Shown here piece after piece: positions 25,043-36,577 of a stretch of 64,000 nt of DNA. How positions within the stretch are numbered: the stretch's first letter is position 1; every line of letters begins with the position of its first letter. Below the pieces are notes generated by a model. The model had not been told where the DNA came from, ran no database searches, and saw nothing but the letters and a program-made list of their open reading frames with translations. The stretch spans positions 40,424,001 to 40,488,000 of the forward strand of contig NC_043012.1 of assembly GCF_006345805.1 (NCBI RefSeq), given 5' to 3'. Source of the DNA: Octopus sinensis (lineage: Eukaryota). A program made the translations under genes and the position numbers.

Positions 25043-25080
25043 TCTTTCTGTTGAAGAGCGTAGGCTCGAAACGTTAAAGA
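25043..25080 (+). ncRNA. Minimal type-I hammerhead ribozyme motif (core variant CUGUUGA)
   Basis: TCTTT-CTGTTGA-A-GAGC/GTAG/GCTC-GAAA-CG-TT-AAAGA. Stem I TCTTT/AAAGA, stem II 4 bp, GUU cleavage triplet. Confidence 0.7.
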
Positions 25081-25178
25081 CTTGTTTTATTTATATTTCC
25101 TGAGCGCCATACTAATACAATTGTTCGTTTGTTTTCCACCTGCCTTCGTCTTTTGTTTATTTTCATAAAGCTTCCCGT

Positions 25179-25262
<84 letters not shown>

Positions 25263-25264
<2 letters not shown>

Positions 25265-25425
25265 CAGGAGTAGCTGTGTGATAAGTAGCTTGCTTACCGA
25301 CCACATGGTTGGGGTTCAGTCCCACTGCGTGGCAATTGGTCAAGCGACTTCTGCTATAACCTCGGGCCGACCAAAGCCTTGGGAGTGGAAGGATTTGGTA
25401 GACGGATACTGAAAGATGCCCGTCG
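25263..25425 (+). mobile_element. SINE family A, 5' half
   Basis: Head and core sequence as at 2825. Confidence 0.85.
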
Positions 25426-25445
25426 TATATGCATGTATATATATA

Positions 25446-25494
<49 letters not shown>

Positions 25495-25513
25495 ATATAT
25501 ATATATATATATA

Positions 25514-26167
25514 TTGGGTTCCCATAAATAATGTGGTTTTTTAATACTTTTATTTTTCAAAATTAAGACAAGCAAAGTTTTTTTTTTTAATTTAAAATAT
25601 ACTCTCTTCATTTTCTACAATGCTCTTCCATCTATCTGGTAGACTTGCAAAGCCCCTCTTACAAAATTCACATGTCTGTGATGAAAAATTATCTTCAAGT
25701 ACTGTTCTGACCTTGTTTACAGAATTCATGTTTTTCCGTCCAAATGATTTTGAAGACTGCGGAATAAATGATAATCAGATGGTGCAATGTCCGATGAATA
25801 TATTTAGTGGATGAGGCATCGTTTCCCATTCAAACTTCTCCAGATTTTGATATGCCATCCTCGCTGTATGTGGCTGAGCATTATTGTGATGGAAGTACAC
25901 CTTTCGTTTTGAAACCAAAGATGGTCGTTTTTCTTCAAGCGCTGACTTGAATGACTGGTTGAATGACCAAATCCAAGCTTCTCTGTTAGTTCCTCGACAG
26001 TTACGATGGGATTTTGTTCCACCAGGGTTTGTAGGACGTCCTCGTCGAGCTCTAGAGATCTTCCAGGACGCGGCTCATCTTCTAGACTGTAGTTTCTGGC
26101 TCAGAATTTCTAGAATCACCGTTGACACTGACTTACGCTTGTTGTCCGATCCCCATATACTGCATAT
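25514..26167 (-). mobile_element. Internally deleted mariner (DD34D family) remnant
   Basis: TIR TTGGGTTCCCATAAATAATG. Minus-strand peptides EQNPIVTVEELTEKLGFGHST, FHHNNAQPHTAR and the C-terminal LPDRWKSIVENEEEY. Confidence 0.85.
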
Positions 26168-26277
26168 ACTTCGGTTTCACTATCTTTTTGTTCCCAACTT
26201 TGTCCCTCATAAGTCCCACATTTTATTTTGGCACGTATGGGAACAAAAATGTCTTCGAAAACTCCTATTGTCATTGA

Positions 26278-26316
<39 letters not shown>

Positions 26317-26370
26317 TATATATAATATATATATATGTATATATATATATTATATATATATATATATATA

Positions 26371-27448
26371 TCAAAGAGCAATAAAGATTCAAGTTAATTT
26401 AAAAAATTTACTTGAATATGGTACCTAACTTAGATGCACCAAAAAAAACTATACTGATTTAACAATACAGTAAGTGGGGTGATTATAAGCGAGAAAGAAG
26501 CAACAAGAATGGATAGGTTTTTAGTACGATCGTTTCATACAAGGACAGGTTTTATTAAAAGTTGCAAAGATTACAGCATATAAACGAGTCCCGTACTCAT
26601 CAGCTAAAATACATGTAAGTTCTCTAGACATCCTAGTGTTTGAGGCTATACTCATGAAGTAATGTAGATAATTAAACAGATTTCTAAAGTTCATTAAAGT
26701 TCTTTAAAGATGATGCATAGTCTTATCACAGAATTTTAAAAAAGTTTTGGTAGCATCACAGAGAAGGTGACCTAATCCATATGAAATTCCATAGATATGA
26801 TGAGGGATTATATACTCACAGAAGACAAATTTATCCATTGTTATTAGCATTACAGAGAGGGTGAATTAATCCTTTGTATATATGCACAGATTCCAATGGT
26901 GTAGATGTAAATTTCCAGAGAAATGGAGATGAATTTCATATTCACAGGCGATAAATTTTACAATGGTTGAACACAATGAGGTAGGTACCAATCCTTGTTA
27001 TATGATTAGGTGTTTGCCATATTAATCACATTACTGCTATTCACAAGAGGCTGCAGCTATTTAACTCTTAAAGGTTGAAGGGCTTACTAGATCGGCCAAG
27101 AATAGAGAAGGGAATAGAAGAAAAGAGAGAAAATAATGGAGGAGGGAGCAAAAAAGGGGGGGGAAAGGGGGACTAAAAGAGAAGAGAAAAAAAGGGAACA
27201 GAGAATAAGAAGAAGAAAAAGAAAAAGAAAAGAAAAGAGAAAGGAAATAGGGAAAGAAGGGAAAAAAGAAAAAGAAAAAGAAAAAAGAGGGTTCTAGTTA
27301 TACAGAAGAGCTAGTAGACTGTAAGTCTGGTTTTAATCAACAGGCATCTGGGAACTGGAGGGGAATATTATTATTCTTTGACCAGTAAACCGTTAATTTA
27401 TTGCTGTTGAAATCAGCTATGAGTTTAAAGAGAATCTAAAGAGATAAC
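26371..27448 (-). repeat. 3' pseudo-LTR of the Naiad element
   Basis: Near-identical to 30935-32015. The differences I saw are mostly small indels. Confidence 0.95.
26519..26609 (-). ncRNA. Type-I hammerhead ribozyme with 60-nt stem II (3' pLTR copy)
   Basis: TTTTAG-CTGATGA-[60-nt arm]-GAAA-CGATCG-TA-CTAAAA. Perfect 6-bp stem I, intact core, GUA triplet. Confidence 0.88.
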
Positions 27449-28035
27449 ACAGTCAGGGGTTAAGGGGTCAGATGCTAAAATCACCAGAAAATACATTAGG
27501 AAAATCTAAGTATAATCTTATCAAAAAGTCATTAAAAATTTACTTATTTAATTTATTCATTTTTTGTCTTAAGGAGTTGTCGTTATTATTCATACATTGA
27601 CCGACTACAGGTCAAATCTTATAAGATCATTTACAAGGTGTTAGGGGATTGTCTATCCTAATGAAGATAATCATATTATCACCGAGGGAATAGCCTTATT
27701 TATTTAATTATGAAATAGAATTATGGGGCTACAGTAACTAATTATAATTTATTAGAGTTATGCTATTTAAATTAGATTAAGTTAGGAATTAAAATTAAAT
27801 ATTACAATTAAGATTTAAAATTAAGAATTTAAAAATTGTGAGTTTGAAATTAAATAAAGCCTCAATTAAGTAGCGAATAAGTACTATTCATTTCTCTGTT
27901 CTCAAAAAACTGATGTAGATATAAGGAAAAAGATAAAGATAACTGTAATGTGAGAACTCTTAGTTATCTACTTAAAGCAGTGCTATACTAGTAGAAATCA
28001 AGTTATATCTATCTATCTAGTTATGAATATTCCAA

Positions 28036-30881
28036 TCATTTAAAATATTTTAAAGTCTTCAATTTAGCGTGGACACAAACTTGACCTAGTTCGATATGGT
28101 TATTCAATAAGTTTCTATGTTTACTATGCTTTAGAATTTCGTACGTCTCCATGGAGCATAGTTGACAACCAACCCTACTATTTTTATACGGAATTGCTCT
28201 CCTAACTATTTCCCAATTAAGGGTATAATTTTGTTATTATTTTTGAGTTCCCAGATTTTGTTTGAAAGTGTGGTGGTACCAGCTTTATGACGTAATTTAA
28301 AAGTCGAGATGTGATTTCTAACTCTGGCTAAAAAATTAATTGTACAGCCAATGTAAAAATATTTGTTATTCTCCGTGGATATGGTACATTTATAGATTAC
28401 ATTATTTTCCCTACATAGACCAGGTGCCGGGCATTTTGATTTTATTCTACACTTACACACAGGAGGAACAACTTCAGGCCTTGGATTATTCCTGGGTAGA
28501 TGTTTAAGGTTCCTATTATTTTGATTATCATTTCTATAGTTGGTACTGATATCTAAAGTATTGTTATTATTTATTGATCCTTCCGTTTCATCATTTAGGC
28601 GTAAAGTCCTACCAAGATTTCTTATATTATTCGTAATGTTATTATTATTGTTAGTCTTTTTATCCAACTGTATATTATTGTTATAGATATCACTGATATT
28701 TTCATTCTCCTTATTTTCTCCATTAGCCTTATTTCTATTATTTCTATTATTAACAATATTACTTCTATTAATATCGGCATTGTTATTATTACTATTAATG
28801 TTAATGTTATTAGTCATTCTGTGGTTACTAATTTCACCTATGTTTTGATAGTTCCTATTGCTGTTTTTATTGTTGGTAGTATTATTATGTTATTGCTATT
28901 GGTATTCATTCTGATATTATTATTTTTATTTCTATCTTTCCTGGCTAGTTTAATGTTGTTATTATTAATTTTAGCTATTAAAGTGGACATATTTGGGAGG
29001 GTTGAATAAGAAATCCTAACTGTTTTCCTAGAAATAATTCTATGATATCTATGAGAGATAGGGAAATTTTTTTCCAGAATTACTTTGAATTTGTTCTGTA
29101 TATCCGATTGTATCGCACAGTTGAAAGGAATATTCAGCCATAATATATCTTTTTTATAAAATTTAGGGTTCGTAGAATTACTACTATTCATCTCACCGGA
29201 GTTATTGTATTTATTACCATTATTTTTATTTTTATTTGTGTGCATCTTAGGTTTATCTACTTCAATCTTATCCGAGTTACCTATGTTCTGGTCAATGCTT
29301 CTATTTGAATTGTTGGGCCTGTACTCTAGATTGGCGTTTACCGTTAATTTAATTCTACTTTATTCGGGTTTGGTCTTTTTTGCTGCTTACTTGATTACTG
29401 ATAACTTCATTATTAGGAATACGTGAGTTCTCCCTATCAACGAATGTAATCTTTTGGTTGTATCCAGCCTTAGTTAACGCCGCATTATAATGCTCAGAAT
29501 GGGAGTTAAATATATCCTTATTGGATGATAATTTTGAAATTCTTAATGAAATATTTCTTACTAAAGATTCTATTATATTTGGGGGATGATTTGATAATTT
29601 ATTTACGTAATTCGTGACTTCGCCTTCCTTTCTAAATGGGTAATGTAGCTTGGAGTTAAGGTCTAGGGTAATATCTAGGAAATTAGCTATTTTAGTGCCC
29701 GGTTCATACGTTATACTGAGGTTGAAATCCTTAAAGAACTTATTAATTTTCTTTCTAATCCTTTCTATAACAGATTTATTATTACTAGGGATAACAAACA
29801 GAGCATCATCTCTATATAGACCCCCCTGTATTCTGGGATATCCTTGCTTATGCATTTTAATAGATATGCGCCTACTAGGTTGGTTACCTCAGCCGAATCA
29901 CTGGAACCCATTGGTATATCAAAAAAATTGGTGTATCTGCTCTAGTCCATAATTTATCTTCAAATTCAATAAATGTCTTCCTAGCTAGTAGCACAATATT
30001 GATTTCTTCTCTAGTTATGAGGGAGCGATTCATGGCAAATATTAGTGATTTGTTGAGTAAGATAGGGGAAATGCTAGAGTAATAACTATTAATATCGAAC
30101 TGAATAAAGAACAGACTACTAGTATTAGTTAGAGAGTTAAACCATTTTAGAACTTCGTCGGTACTTAGCCATAGGTTTAAGGGGAGAAGAGGGGTTATTT
30201 GGGGTAGAACAGTATCCAGGATAGATTTACTAAGTCGGCCAATGTCCGACTTAGTTGGACAGATCAGCCTTACTGAAGGGTTATCCAAGAAGTCCTTTTT
30301 GTGGTCTTTAAGGTTGATCCTGGGCTCACAGGGTTTAAGTGGCTCCGTTCTATCTGTTAAATTTAGTTTCTCCATGATCTCTTTCATTTCCATGTTTACT
30401 TTTTTCAAATTGTTCTTAGTTGTAATTTATATTTTTATTTGGAGTTTAGTTCTTTCCTAATTAATTTGCTATAAATATCGTAATCAACTCTATACATATT
30501 ACCCGTTTTATCTGCTGGTACTAGGATTCCATGTTTGCACCGGGTTGACTGAATAAAGTTCCTAAGGTGTCTAAGGTGAGGGTTATATCTTAACGGGTGT
30601 TCATTGAAGCTAATATCATCTATAAGATTCAGCAAGTCTTTCTCAAAGTTCTCCAGGAATGGGTTCTGAGGTGGGCTTTTTCTACTTTTAAAAATTCTTC
30701 TAAAATTCTTTTCGGTATTCATTTCCTGAGGTTTCTTCTTCTGTTTGACATCAAAATGGTACGTTTTCCACCTGATTCTTCTAATGAAATCGTTAATCCT
30801 ATGAATGAGAAGCCAATTATATTCATCTATACTATGTAAGGGGATGTCTTTAGGGGAGAACTTAATGTTTACTTTTTCCAT
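28036..30881 (-). pseudogene. Naiad-type RT/GIY-YIG polyprotein with several frameshifts
   Basis: FIRRIRWK, VPADKTGNMY, FIQFDINSYYSSIS, FDIPMGSSDSAEV, GLYRDD, FLDITLDL, SNHPP, ILWLNIPF, CKCRIKSKCPAPGLC, NVIYKC..YIGCT..RVRNH, CQLC..LLN..CVH. Assignment to the Naiad clade is from remembered motifs. Confidence 0.88.
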
Positions 30882-30934
30882 TCTTGTTGAGAAATTAAGT
30901 ACCAGAAAAACATACAGACTGTATGGGAATATAT

Positions 30935-32015
30935 TCAAAGAGCAATAAAGATTCAAGTTAATTTAAAAAATTTACTTGAATATGGTACCTAACTTAGATG
31001 CACCAAAAAAAACTATACTGATTTAACAATACAGTAATGTGGGGTGATTATAAGCGAGAAAGAAGCAGAAAAGAATGGATAGGTTTTTAGTACGATCGTT
31101 TCATACAAGGACAGGTTTTATTAAAAGTTGCAAAGATTACAGCATATAAACGAGTCCCGTACTCATCAGCTAAAATACATGTAAGTTCTCTAGACATCCT
31201 AGTGTTTGAGGCTATACTCATGAAGTAATGTAGATAATTAAACAGATTTCTAAAGTTCATTAAAGTTCTTTAAAGATGATGCATAGTCTTATCACAGAAT
31301 TTTAAAAAAGTTTTGGTAGCATCACAGAGAAGGTGACCTAATCCATATGAATTTCCATAGATATGATGAGGGATTATATACTCACAGAAGACAAATTTAT
31401 CCATTGTTTTAGCATTACAGAGAGGGTGAATTAATCCTTTGTATATATGCACAGATTCCAATGGTGTAGATGTAAATTTCCAGAGAAATGGAGATGAATT
31501 TCATATTCACAGGCGATAAATTTTACAATGGTTGAACACAATGAGGTAGGTACCAATCCTTGTTATATGATTAGGTGTTTGCCATATTAATCACATTACT
31601 GCTATTCACAGAGGCTGCAGCTATTTAACTCTTAAAGGTGAAGGGCTTACTAGATCGGCCAAGAATAGAGAAGGGAATAGAAGAAAAGAGAGAAAATAAT
31701 GGAGGAGGGAGCAAAAAAGGGGGGGGGGGGGAAAGGGGGACTAAAAGAGAAGAGAAAAGGGAACAGAGAATAAGAAGAAGAAAAAGAAAGAAGAGAAAAG
31801 AGAAAGGATAGGGAAAGAAGGAAGAAGGGAAAAAAGAAAAAGAAAAAGAAAAAAGAGGGTTCTAGTTATACAGAAGAGCTAGTAGACTGTAAGTCTGGTT
31901 TTAATCAACAGGCATCTGGGAACTGGAGGGGAATATTATTATTCTTTACCAGTAAACCGTTAATTTATTGCTGTTGAAATCAGCTATGAGTTTAAAGAGA
32001 ATCTAAAGAGATAAC
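30935..32015 (-). repeat. 5' pseudo-LTR of the Naiad element
   Basis: Near-identical to 26371-27448. Confidence 0.95.
31085..31175 (-). ncRNA. Type-I hammerhead ribozyme with 60-nt stem II (5' pLTR copy)
   Basis: Same sequence as 26519-26609. Confidence 0.88.
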
Positions 32016-32224
32016 TTAATGAACTTTAGAAATCTGTTTAATTATCTACATTACTTCATGAGTATAGCTCAAACACTAGGATGTCTAGAGAACTTACATG
32101 TATTTTAGCTGATGAGTACGGGACTCGTTTATATGCTGTAATCTTTGCAACTTTAATAAAACCTGTCCTTGTATATGAAACGATCGTACTAAAAACCTAT
32201 CCATTCTTGTTGCTTCTTTCTCGC
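32016..32224 (+). repeat. Inverted partial pLTR copy
   Basis: Reverse complement of 31054-31263 (and of 26489-26698). Confidence 0.95.
32103..32194 (+). ncRNA. Third hammerhead copy, inverted orientation
   Basis: Same motif with an extra AT before GAAA (GTATATGAAA), which may distort the base of stem II. Confidence 0.75.
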
Positions 32225-32302
<78 letters not shown>

Positions 32303-32311
32303 TATATATAT

Positions 32312-32342
<31 letters not shown>

Positions 32343-32380
32343 ATATATAATATATTATATATAATTATATATATATAATC

Positions 32381-32432
<52 letters not shown>

Positions 32433-32492
32433 TATATATATATAATATAATATATATATATATAATATATATATATATATTATATATATATA

Positions 32493-32880
32493 TGCCCGTG
32501 GAAGCGCAATGGCTCAGTGGTTAGGGCAGGGACTCGCAGTCATAGGATCGCAGTTTCGATTCCCAGACCGGGCGTTGTGAGTGTTTATTGAGTTAAAATA
32601 GCTAAGGTTCCACGAGGCTCCAGCGGGGGATGGTGGCGAACCCTGCTGTATTTTTTCACCACAATTTTCTCTCACTCTTTCTTCCTGTTTCTGTTGTAGC
32701 TGCATTTCAAAGGACCAGACTTGTCACATTCTGTGTCACGCTGAATCTCTCCGAGAACTACGTTAAGGGTATACGTGTCTGCGAAGTGGCTCAGCCACTT
32801 GCACGTTATTTTCACGAGCAGGCTGTTCCGTTGATCGGATCGGCTGGGACCATCATCGTCGTAACTGACGGAGTGCCACG
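32493..32880 (+). mobile_element. tRNA-derived SINE family C
   Basis: A box TGGCTCAGTGGTTAG and B box GTTTCGATTCCC, followed by a unique body. A head fragment recurs near 55240-55290. Confidence 0.7.
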
Positions 32881-33076
32881 AAATATATGTTTGTCTTCCC
32901 AAGGGGCATCCAAGACTGGCGGGCAGGAAGGGAAAGAGACCCAATCCAAATAAAACCAACAGAGTAGACTACTAAACATACACTAAGGGCCATCATCATC
33001 ATCATCATTATTATTATTATTATATTATTATTATTATTATTATTATTGAGTGAGAGAGCAGTGCATGCCATCAAAG

Positions 33077-33392
33077 TCTGAAGTCTTTCAATATAATATC
33101 TGACATATTCGCATCTATCTTTCTGTCAGTTTGAATGGTGAAGTTCCAAAGGATTGAGATGTGATCATTTTCAAGCACTGGGGGTGGTTTGTGTTCCCAC
33201 CAGTTTTTATCACGGGGTAGATCCAGCATTTTTCAAATTACCCAGTGAATATATTGTGCTGCTCTATCATGCCTGTTGAGATATTCTGTAGGAGCAAGAA
33301 GACTGCACATGGAGACAACATGAGCAATGGTTTCGTTTTGTTGTTTACATACACGACATGTTGGGCTACTGCCGTTCTTTAATATGTTGGCC
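33077..33392 (-). mobile_element. R4/Dong-clade non-LTR fragment (CCHC knuckle and start of the restriction-like endonuclease)
   Basis: CRVCKQQNETIAHVVSMC..RHDRAAQYIHWVI*..WWEHKPPPVLENDHISILWNFTIQTDRKIDANMSDII. The 5' end abuts (TAA)n. Confidence 0.85.
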
Positions 33393-33497
<105 letters not shown>

Positions 33498-33498
33498 T

Positions 33499-34262
33499 AT
33501 TGAGTGAGAGAGCAGTGACACTGGGGTAAACTATACGAAGCCCAGTATACCCATCATGACTATCCGTCTGATATGGGTATACTAGGCACATGCATCACAA
33601 CCATATGTGCGCGACATGGTATCTCATATAAAGATAAACAGTGCATAACCTTGCAGGTGGGGCCCAGTTAGAATTTTCTTCAGGTTGAGTAGCCCATCCC
33701 GCTCAAAAGGTCCCTGAATAAGGGTTGTTTAACCCTTTTGTTACTAACCCGGCCAAAACCGGCTCTGGCTCTGTGGTAAAATATCTTGTTTTCATAAGTT
33801 TTGAATTAAAATCTTCCACCAAACCTTAGTCACAATTTATGTTCCTAACACTAGCTGAATGATAACTAAATTGTTTTACTAAATTCTTTCTTATATTTAA
33901 AATAATTGAAAGAAACATAGAGCATCTCAAAATAAATACAGCAATGAAAGGGTTAAGGCTGTTGAAAGAACCACCCATGTTTCCAGAGGTGAACTATTCA
34001 AACCCCAAAGAATCCGTCTCAACGCATGGCTATGATGCTCCCCCACTACTTCTGCTCGTGATCAGAGATGCACATATCGTCAGCCACTAAGGGACATGCT
34101 CAACTGGTTAAGGTCCAACAACTGACAAGCAAATCTGTGGCATTGAGCAGAATATTTGCTGTAGCCCATCTTTTATACCAGGACAAAACAATGTACATGA
34201 TAACACTTCCAATCAGTTAAGATCAGAAGCCATGAGAGCCACTGCCTGGTACTGCATCAGTG
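33499..34262. mobile_element. Unclassified interspersed repeat hosting a nested MITE
   Basis: Starts TGAGTGAGAGAGCAGT after (ATT)n, the same start as a stub near 33047. It is interrupted by a TTAA-flanked insertion. Confidence 0.45.
33733..33952. mobile_element. piggyBac-type MITE, 220 bp
   Basis: TTAA on both sides. Ends CCCTTTTGTTACT / AGCAATGAAAGGG form imperfect TIRs. Confidence 0.8.
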
Positions 34263-34327
34263 CATGTATTATTATTGTTATTGTTGTTGTTATTATTAAT
34301 ATTACAAGCAGCAGCAGCAGTAGTAGA

Positions 34328-34387
<60 letters not shown>

Positions 34388-34731
34388 TATTTTCGTAGCC
34401 CTTGTTGTTTATGCATTTGTCCTGTAGTGTGTCTCTCATCCAACGCCTTTCAGACAAAAGGTTACATTTTTCCTTCTTTTTTTCTTATTTGCGACGCAGT
34501 AAACTTGTTTAGAGAACAATGAGGCACTTGACACAGAACGGAAAGGAGAAGCCGAAAACAGTTTGTCTCACTCGAGAGAGAGAGAGAGAAGTTTCCAAAG
34601 TTGTGTCGACCGTTGTGTGTTTGCATGTTCACATGCACGCACGCGCACACACACACACACGCACACACACATGCTCTCACTTATTCATATGTATGTATGT
34701 GCACATATTTATATACGTATATATGTGTGTG

Positions 34732-34766
<35 letters not shown>

Positions 34767-35348
34767 ATCTATCTATCTATCAATCTATCTATCTATATCT
34801 ATCAATCTGTATGTATGTATGTATGTTTGTATGCATGCATGTATATTGTTGTATCTGTCCTTTGACGACGGTTGTCCGCTCTGACGGATGTTTTGTTATA
34901 TTCCAAAGTCGTCCACAGAATGTTTCTTTCTGGCACTGTACGACCCCCCCCCAGTCGTATACTGTTATTATCCTCAAAAGGTTGGATCGTTATAAACGTC
35001 CACCCAGTATCATAGTGTAATTAATATATCAGCACAGACACGACTATCAACACAGTCAACACGTACTCTCGACCTTCTGATCTTTTTCCCTGTCGACCGG
35101 CCACTGGTCTATTTATAATGGCTGGGTACTACCACTTTTTACTGGAAGCGGGGTACAGTTTCATTAAACAACAACAACAACACATACACACACATACACA
35201 CACACACACACACACGCATGCACGCACGCATGCATGCATGTACATAATTACATATACGTTTATATATTGCATGTAATTCTTTTTAGGAATGGTGAAATTA
35301 TGATTTAATATATATGCATGTGATGTGTATATATAGATTTATTTTTGT

Positions 35349-35418
<70 letters not shown>

Positions 35419-35789
35419 CACTTACATTACAAATATCTTCAAACACAAACACAATTTCCGCAGATGGCCCTAAACTTCCGGAAGTTATCACAAAAATAGA
35501 TTTGGGGATAAAACCGAATGTGACCTACATACAGGAATTCAGAACTCAGAACTAAACAATATATATCTGAACAAGGACAAATGGAGTGTATCCACTTCAA
35601 ACAAGAGTGCTTAAGAAGCCATGTTGTCTTCCTGTTATAGAACAACTTATGAAGCCCTATAACAAGGGCAGTCTCGCAACCTTGTAAGCCTGCAAGGAAA
35701 CCAATGCACAGGCCCTATCGTATTTATTGACAGTAAACCACGTCATACATAAATCATAATTCGGTCCCTAGATCCTTGTGACACCCGAG

Positions 35790-36038
35790 CACTGCCAGGA
35801 ATCGAACTCGGAATCTTGGGGTCGCTAGAGGCAATGCCGTCTTTATACCTTTGAAAACAATTTGCCCGATACCACCTTTGGTTACGTGGTACACTGTAGT
35901 GGTTAAAAGCGCAGGCTAACACCCCCAAGATTCCGAGTTCGATTCCTAGCAGTGACCTGAATAATAATAATAATAATAATAATGATAGTAATAATATTTT
36001 ATTAAATAATAATAATAGTAATAATAATAATAATATTA

Positions 36039-36108
<70 letters not shown>

Positions 36109-36245
36109 TATTAAATAATAATAATAATAATAATAATAATATTTTATTAAATAATAATAATAATAATAATAATATATTAAATAATAATAATAATAATAAT
36201 GATAGTAATAATATTTTATTAAATAATAATAATAGTAATAATAAT

Positions 36246-36283
<38 letters not shown>

Positions 36284-36358
36284 TAATAATAATATTAAAT
36301 AATAATAATATAATAATAATAATAATAATATTAAATAATAATAATAATAATAATATTA

Positions 36359-36389
<31 letters not shown>

Positions 36390-36527
36390 TTAAATAATAA
36401 TAATAATAATAATAGTAATAATATTTTATTAAATAATAATAATAGTAATAATAATAATAATATTAAATAATAATAATAATAATGATAGTAATAATAATAA
36501 TATTAAATAACAATAATAATAATAATA

Positions 36528-36577
<50 letters not shown>

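Larger units (their letters stand above)
21875..25179 (+). mobile_element. Penelope-like retroelement, Neptune-type, lacking a 5' pLTR, flanked by (TA)n
   Basis: RT-plus-GIY-YIG ORF, pyrimidine-rich 3' UTR, hammerhead motif and an end at ...AAAGCTTCCCGTTA(TA)n. Confidence 0.92.
26371..32224 (-). mobile_element. Penelope-like retroelement, Naiad-type, with tandem pseudo-LTRs and a 5' inverted fragment, inserted in (TA)n
   Basis: Direct repeats 26371-27448 and 30935-32015, inverted copy 32016-32224, internal RT-plus-GIY-YIG ORF, and (TA)n on both flanks. Confidence 0.92.

Noticed and set aside
28036-30881. Selenocysteine recoding, reported for some Naiad elements
   Set aside because: In the segments I could reconstruct, the Cys positions use TGT/TGC. 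The only TGA I found in frame is the terminal stop. I did not identify a SECIS, though I could not run a search.
32493-32565. tRNA gene (and other A/B-box heads in the window)
   Set aside because: Each continues into a repeat body and lacks a complete cloverleaf, so these are SINE heads.
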